From the NCBI GenBank assembly GCA_964358615.1, contig CAYHOV010000001.1, positions 1-46,386 of the forward strand: 46,386 nucleotides of DNA, in the 5' to 3' direction. A program made the position numbers and the translations under genes. Shown here in pieces: positions 41,974 through 46,386 of this stretch (position 1 is the stretch's first letter; every line of letters begins with the position of its first letter). The notes under the pieces are model-generated. The model had not been told where the DNA came from, did no database searches, and worked only from the letters and a program-made list of their open reading frames with translations. Origin of the DNA: Candidatus Woesearchaeota archaeon (GTDB lineage: Archaea > Nanobdellota > Nanobdellia > Pacearchaeales > GW2011-AR1).

Positions 41974-42227
41974 TTTATTTCAACGGGCGTCGAGATTGCT
42001 TGGCCTGGAAGACCTTTCTCGAATATCGCACGAACCACACCTTTATTTCCATGGGCAGACGAGATCTTTCCATTGATGACTCGGCCTGCTGGACTTTTCC
42101 ATTCGACGTCTTTACCGACGAACTTTAAAGCTTTTTCTCTGGAATCGCAATCTGGAATTTCAATTATGAAATGTCGAATAGTTACTGTTTCTTTTCCTCG
42201 TCTGAATTGTAAAACTTTTCCTTTCAT
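41970..42227 (-). CDS. rpl35ae: 50S ribosomal protein L35Ae (eL33)
   Basis: WKSPAGRVINGKISSAHGNKGVVRAIFEKGLPGQA closely parallels archaeal L35Ae. Confidence 0.9.
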   Translation of the reverse strand: MKGKVLQFRRGKETVTIRHFIIEIPDCDSREKALKFVGKDVEWKSPAGRVINGKISSAHGNKGVVRAIFEKGLPGQAISTPVEIK

Positions 42228-42287
42228 AGAATTATGTAGATTGAAGGTTTTTAAAGCTTTTCAGTTTCCCACGGTCGAACAGTCAAA

Positions 42288-42297
42288 CTATAAAAAT
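42288..42297 (+). promoter_or_regulatory. TATA-like box for the PIN gene (leaderless spacing)
   Basis: CTATAAAAAT is centred about 25 nt upstream of the ATG at 42318. Confidence 0.35.
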
Positions 42298-42317
42298 AGG
42301 AGAACTATTCTATTTCA

Positions 42318-42731
42318 ATGAGTAGATTTTATCTCGATACTTCCATATGGATTGATTTTTACGAAGATAGAAAAGGCTACAATGGCGAGCCCATCGGAGA
42401 TTTTGCCTTAAATTTGTTTTCTATAATTAAAGCGAAAAATTATCGATTGATTATCACTGATCTGTTGATCAATGAATTGGGGTCAATCTACTCATCAGTA
42501 GAAATAGAAAAAATACTTGATTCTTTCAAAGAAGTTACAGAAAAGATAGAGATCAAAGAATCTCAGATTAGCGAAGCGAAAGAGATCTCAAAAAAGAGAA
42601 ATTTACCTGCAGGAGATGTTCTCCACGCAATCATCGCAAGAGATAATAGCCTTTTGTTGATAACCCGAGACAGACATTTTAAAGATTTGCTAGATATTGC
42701 CAAACACTATAAACCCGAAGAGATCATTTAA
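42318..42731 (+). CDS. vapC: PIN-domain nuclease (VapC-like)
   Basis: FYLDTSIWIDF (first acidic residue), ITDLLINEL and ITRDRHF are PIN-type acidic motifs. Confidence 0.75.
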   Translation: MSRFYLDTSIWIDFYEDRKGYNGEPIGDFALNLFSIIKAKNYRLIITDLLINELGSIYSSVEIEKILDSFKEVTEKIEIKESQISEAKEISKKRNLPAGDVLHAIIARDNSLLLITRDRHFKDLLDIAKHYKPEEII

Positions 42732-42984
42732 TCCTGCTGCAGATATTTTCAAAAGCTTTTTTTCTTGCCTGCTCATAATCCTTAAGGCCTGTTTTTTTCT
42801 TCGACATTCCTTTTAATTTTGCAAGAGCTGTCATGGCCTGTTTTAATTTCACTTCTTCTAATTTTTCTCGAACAGCATTCCGAATAAATTCTGTTCTATT
42901 TTGGTAGCCCTCTTTCTCGACGATAGAATCAATATCTACTAAAAATCCTTTCTCAAGTTTAAGCGTTATCATGTTTGTGGCCAT
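42724..42984 (-). CDS. Ribbon-helix-helix (CopG/NikR-type) DNA-binding protein
   Basis: ITLKLEKGFLVDIDSIVEKEGYQNRTEFIRNAVREKL is a typical RHH fold signature. Confidence 0.7.
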   Translation of the reverse strand: MATNMITLKLEKGFLVDIDSIVEKEGYQNRTEFIRNAVREKLEEVKLKQAMTALAKLKGMSKKKTGLKDYEQARKKAFENICSRIK

Positions 42985-43037
42985 ATATCTAGAATATATA
43001 CTTTGGATATATAAGGCTTTTGGTTTATGAAATATTA

Positions 43038-44261
43038 TTATTTTTCGGGTTCTAGTCTAACTCTAAGAGGAGTATTTCCAATCATTTCTAAACCAGATAA
43101 CAAAGCCTCTATATTTCCAACAAAACTACACCCAGTAACCGGACTAGAAGAACGTTTTATTCCAGCAGCATCGCGAAAGAGACAAGTAATATGATAGAAT
43201 TTACCTGGACGCTGGTATCCCTTTATTTTTCCTATAGCATCTTGATTTAACCCATTCTGAACATCAACTTCTAGATAACTCTGTCGCTCTTCTCTTTTTT
43301 CTTGTGTTCGCGGAGTTTGCACCGTCAGAGTTTGTTCTCTCAATCTGAGCACATTTTCTCTTGGAGAAGGAACTATTGTGACATCGGCATCTTTATAAAA
43401 ATGTTCTGCTAATATTCCAAGGTGTCTCAACATCGCGGCTCGCCCAGAATATTCTCCTACCTCACCATCATCCCAAACTGTTTTATAAACTGCAGTTTCA
43501 CTTAAGTCTGTTAATCTTTTCAAATCCTCATCACAAACAAGTTTTCCGTCCCTATAATGTAAAATAATCTCCGCAGCATCTTTATCATTCGGTCGAGTAG
43601 ATTGTTCTGCCGTCGCTGTTGGTCTTGTCGGAGTTTCTTTCTTCTCTGCTTTTCTTTCTAATTTAGATTCGTTTATTCTTTCAACTACGAAATATCTTTC
43701 ATTACTTTCTCCCGTAGAAGAGAATATATCATTTAACGCTCCTACTAATTCTCTGCTATCAGCCCTCCTATATTCTTTTCCAGTTTTTCCAAGAATTCTA
43801 TATCTTCCCTCGGATAAACCGCAAACATTTGCCAGATCAATTCCTGAAAGCCGACCCCAAAGATTCCTAACTTGTATTCTGTCTGGATTTTCACTAGGAG
43901 TCATATTTTCGGACAAATCTGCGATAGGCCCCCACTCGCGTTCTATATCCTCCTCTCTATCCTCGCCTTCATCTTCTCCTCTATCGGAAATATGAACCTC
44001 ATAACCCGGAATACTTGGGCTATCGGCCAATGGTCTAAAATTCCAATAATCAACTGCTCTTCCCCCTGGTGCTATTTGCGGTTGCGGTTTTGGTTGTGGT
44101 TCTGGCAGTACAGACCTCTTCTTTTTGTCTAATCTATTTGCTTCCTCTTCAGCATGGCTAAATTTTTTATATTCGACTCTTCGTTGGTGGCTCGGGCTGT
44201 TCGCTCTTTTTGCCTGTTGCTTTGCTTTTTCTCTTGCTCTTGCTTTTTTACCCATGCTCAA
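43038..44261 (-). CDS. Hypothetical 407-aa protein with a basic N-terminus
   Basis: Long ORF that appears GC-richer than the housekeeping genes. No motif recognised. Confidence 0.6.
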   Translation of the reverse strand: MSMGKKARAREKAKQQAKRANSPSHQRRVEYKKFSHAEEEANRLDKKKRSVLPEPQPKPQPQIAPGGRAVDYWNFRPLADSPSIPGYEVHISDRGEDEGEDREEDIEREWGPIADLSENMTPSENPDRIQVRNLWGRLSGIDLANVCGLSEGRYRILGKTGKEYRRADSRELVGALNDIFSSTGESNERYFVVERINESKLERKAEKKETPTRPTATAEQSTRPNDKDAAEIILHYRDGKLVCDEDLKRLTDLSETAVYKTVWDDGEVGEYSGRAAMLRHLGILAEHFYKDADVTIVPSPRENVLRLREQTLTVQTPRTQEKREERQSYLEVDVQNGLNQDAIGKIKGYQRPGKFYHITCLFRDAAGIKRSSSPVTGCSFVGNIEALLSGLEMIGNTPLRVRLEPEK

Positions 44262-44309
44262 TCAACAAAAAATCTGTTTAAAAGGATTATTGCATTCGAA
44301 AATACAATA

Positions 44310-44864
44310 TCATGAACTACTTCGGTAATGATATAATCCTGCTCTTCTCAGCAATCTCACTTCTTTTATCACACCTCGAGGAATACTGACGTAATCGCAA
44401 ACTGCTTTACCTTTTTCCTGAAGAATTACAACTGCTTTTCTGTCCACTGCGTGCAATATGCCAAAGGTTATTGATTCGTCAATTGATGATCCAATAGGAG
44501 CATTAAGATCGCCTAAATTTGCTTTTTGTTTACCGAACGCATCAACCCATAAAACTTCGACTAATTTTTCTCCGGGTTCTTCTTGATCTGTTTTATCGAA
44601 CAGATATAACCCATTTCTTTTTAACAATCTCACTTCTTTTATCATGCCTCTCGGAATTACGGTATAATCGACATGGATTGAACATTTTTCTTGGACAACT
44701 CGGACTCCGTCATTATCTTCTCTCTGCAATAGCCCATAGATCTTTGTTTCATGTATTAATGAACTTGGAGAGACATTAACATCTTCCAGGTCTGCTCTTT
44801 GAGCACCGCTTGCATCCATCCATACAACTTCTACTAATCTTTCTTTAGTTCCTTTTCTATCCAT
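44310..44864 (-). CDS. Hypothetical protein made of two tandem ~91-aa repeats
   Basis: LVEVVWMDASGAQ...VIPRGMIKEVRLLKRNGLY and LVEVLWVDAFGKQ...SIPRGVIKEVRLLRRAGLY. The DNA word CAATCTCACTTCTTTTATCA recurs at 44352 and 44625 (273-nt period). Confidence 0.6.
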   Translation of the reverse strand: MDRKGTKERLVEVVWMDASGAQRADLEDVNVSPSSLIHETKIYGLLQREDNDGVRVVQEKCSIHVDYTVIPRGMIKEVRLLKRNGLYLFDKTDQEEPGEKLVEVLWVDAFGKQKANLGDLNAPIGSSIDESITFGILHAVDRKAVVILQEKGKAVCDYVSIPRGVIKEVRLLRRAGLYHYRSSS

Positions 44865-44917
44865 TCATCAATCATTAAAAATTCATTTAAAAGAACTATT
44901 GCGATGGAAAGTATATA

Positions 44918-45100
44918 TCAATCACCGAAGACATAACTCTGCCCTATCGCCAGGACTATCGCATCGACAGTAAAATAGTCGAATTCAAAGATTCCCTAGT
45001 AGTTCTTGGCCGAACAACATTCCTCGCCACAATCTGCACCCAGAAAAATCGCGAAGGCCAATGCGTCCAATCCGACGCCCTGAAAATTTTCGTCTGGCAA
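44918..45100 (-). pseudogene. Possible decayed gene relic with an in-frame TAG
   Basis: GC-rich frame LPDENFQGVGLDALAFAIFLGADCGEECCSAKNY*GIFEFDYFTVDAIVLAIGQSYVFGD*. It has no ATG (TTG at 45100) and an internal TAG at 44996-44998. Confidence 0.2.
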
Positions 45101-45185
45101 TGATTTTTTATAACTTTAAAGTAGCACTAAATATAAAGATTTATAAATAGTTATTTAGTTATATAATTATAACTCAAATAATAAA

Positions 45186-45560
45186 ATGGACCCTAAAAAA
45201 ACAACACTAGCAGATTTCATGACAAATGTCGGAGGAACACGTCCGCTTAGAGAATGCTTCAATGAATATTTTCTTAATCATTCACTAGGTCTTCCTCCTA
45301 ATTCAAATGAATGTGAAACCGAAGTAACAAGAGGATTAGATGCTTTCTTTACATCGGCTAGTCAACCATATTCTCCTCCGCAGGATTGTGCCCCTGGACA
45401 ATTTGTAGCCAAAGTTATGGGCGTAGCAAGATTTAGCTCTCTTCGAGAAGCTTTAAAACATGCTACATTGCATACTGGTCTAAATGATTTACCTTCTGAT
45501 AATCACGAATGCCGGAGAGTTGTTCAGCAGGCCATAGATACCTATAAAATTCTTCAATAA
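45186..45560 (+). CDS. Hypothetical protein
   Basis: 124-aa ORF with TATA-like boxes 20-45 nt upstream. Confidence 0.5.
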   Translation: MDPKKTTLADFMTNVGGTRPLRECFNEYFLNHSLGLPPNSNECETEVTRGLDAFFTSASQPYSPPQDCAPGQFVAKVMGVARFSSLREALKHATLHTGLNDLPSDNHECRRVVQQAIDTYKILQ

Positions 45561-45704
45561 ATAAATTTTAGAGATTTAGATCCAAAAGTAATGACCCTCG
45601 AAGAATGGGCCTCCAATCTTCCTTCTCAATCCTAAGAATTTTATTTAATACAAAATATAACTAAACTTCACAAGATTTATATAGAACTTTCACTTGTATA
45701 AACC

Positions 45705-46046
45705 ATGAGCAATAATAAAAGATTGGTGATAGCGATTCTTACCGGCGCAATCCTCGGAATTTTTTGCATCATCGGCATATCTCTTCGGCTTGGTTTTGAA
45801 GGAAATGAAATATATATTCTATCTGCCTGGATAAATCGAGTTATAATCGGCCTTGTCGTCGGTCTCGCGCCATTCTACAAGATAAAAAATACCAATACAA
45901 ATATTTTCCTTCGTGGAACATTTATCGGAGTTCTCATCAGCGGAACACTCTATATCTCAACATCGTTTTTAGATTTTACAGGATTTTTGGCCGGAGTCGT
46001 CTATGGCATCATAATTGATTTTGTTGTGACAAAGTACGAGAAATAA
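45705..46046 (+). CDS. Small membrane protein (3-4 TM)
   Basis: 113 aa with hydrophobic segments throughout. Confidence 0.55.
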   Translation: MSNNKRLVIAILTGAILGIFCIIGISLRLGFEGNEIYILSAWINRVIIGLVVGLAPFYKIKNTNTNIFLRGTFIGVLISGTLYISTSFLDFTGFLAGVVYGIIIDFVVTKYEK

Positions 46047-46099
46047 AAAATCTCTCAATCTCATAAAATTTTCAATCCTTTCTTTCCTATAAAATAAAA

Positions 46100-46366
46100 C
46101 TAGAACAAAGCACGGCGTTTATGCTCTTTTCGAGGCTGACCTTGAGATTCTCCCTGATCTCCAAAACGTCTATTCATATAACGAATAAATTCTCCTACTA
46201 CTGTCAAGACTCTATCTTTAAAATATGGCTCATGATATTGAGAGCCAAATTTTTCAAACATTGCAAAACTCTCTCGGACTTCATCGGGATTAAATTCAAG
46301 CGGAACAAATTTTTCATCTCCGCTATACAAACCAGAACGAGTATTTCTCGGAAGATGATGACTCAT
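46100..46366 (-). CDS. Hypothetical protein
   Basis: 88-aa ORF near the window edge. Confidence 0.4.
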   Translation of the reverse strand: MSHHLPRNTRSGLYSGDEKFVPLEFNPDEVRESFAMFEKFGSQYHEPYFKDRVLTVVGEFIRYMNRRFGDQGESQGQPRKEHKRRALF

Positions 46367-46386
46367 TCTTACGCGGCTTATTCTCA

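Noticed and set aside
44996-44998. In-frame TAG as evidence of stop-codon reassignment
   Set aside because: infB and other confident genes end in TAG, and all three stops are used by conserved genes, so the code is standard.
1-46386. Search for tRNA, rRNA, SRP RNA and RNase P RNA
   Set aside because: I found no GTTCGAATC/GTTCAAATC T-loop in a tRNA-like context, no D-loop consensus and no rRNA-like stretch. The AAAGTCC at about 10335 lacks the surrounding RNase P P4 consensus, and the spacer is too short. A tRNAscan/Infernal run is needed to be certain.

Overview
AT-rich (roughly one-third GC by eye, not computed) archaeal chromosome segment, probably from a small-genome DPANN-type archaeon. 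Archaea/eukaryote-only genes (aIF5B/infB, S6e, L10e, L35Ae, archaeal-type GluRS, Trm11-like MTase, Hjc-like nuclease, a dph2 remnant) are mixed with core metabolism: CTP synthase, PEP synthase, UppP, and a split GlcD/GlcF-like Fe-S/FAD oxidoreductase operon joined to a DsbD/CcdA-like gene. Many orphan ORFs sit between them. Many genes have a TATA-like box about 25-30 nt upstream of the ATG (leaderless style), and genes inside operons are joined by ATGA or TAAATG overlaps. The most unusual region is 23.1-30.7 kb. It holds two unrelated tnpA-only IS200/IS605-family elements and two copies of a 174-nt transposase-less derivative. That derivative carries both hairpin ends of the first IS plus an extra 17-bp stem-loop. 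One IS seems to split a small membrane ORF. All of this is interleaved with a block of conserved-looking genes of unknown function (475 aa, 182 aa, and a 601-aa TIM-barrel protein with a large insertion). Other signals: short GC-rich repeats and hairpins recurring in AT-rich spacers; two GGTTTCA-N6-TGAAACC palindromes beside a membrane wHTH gene; a GTGATA/TATCAC palindrome upstream of grpB-trmB-ppsA; a truncated dph2; two paralogous small Cys4 ORFs translationally coupled between rpl35ae and rpl10e; tandem UPF0489-like paralogs with patchy near-identity; and a PIN gene overlapping an RHH gene convergently. I found no rRNA, tRNA or CRISPR array. All family calls come from motif recognition by eye; no database search was possible.
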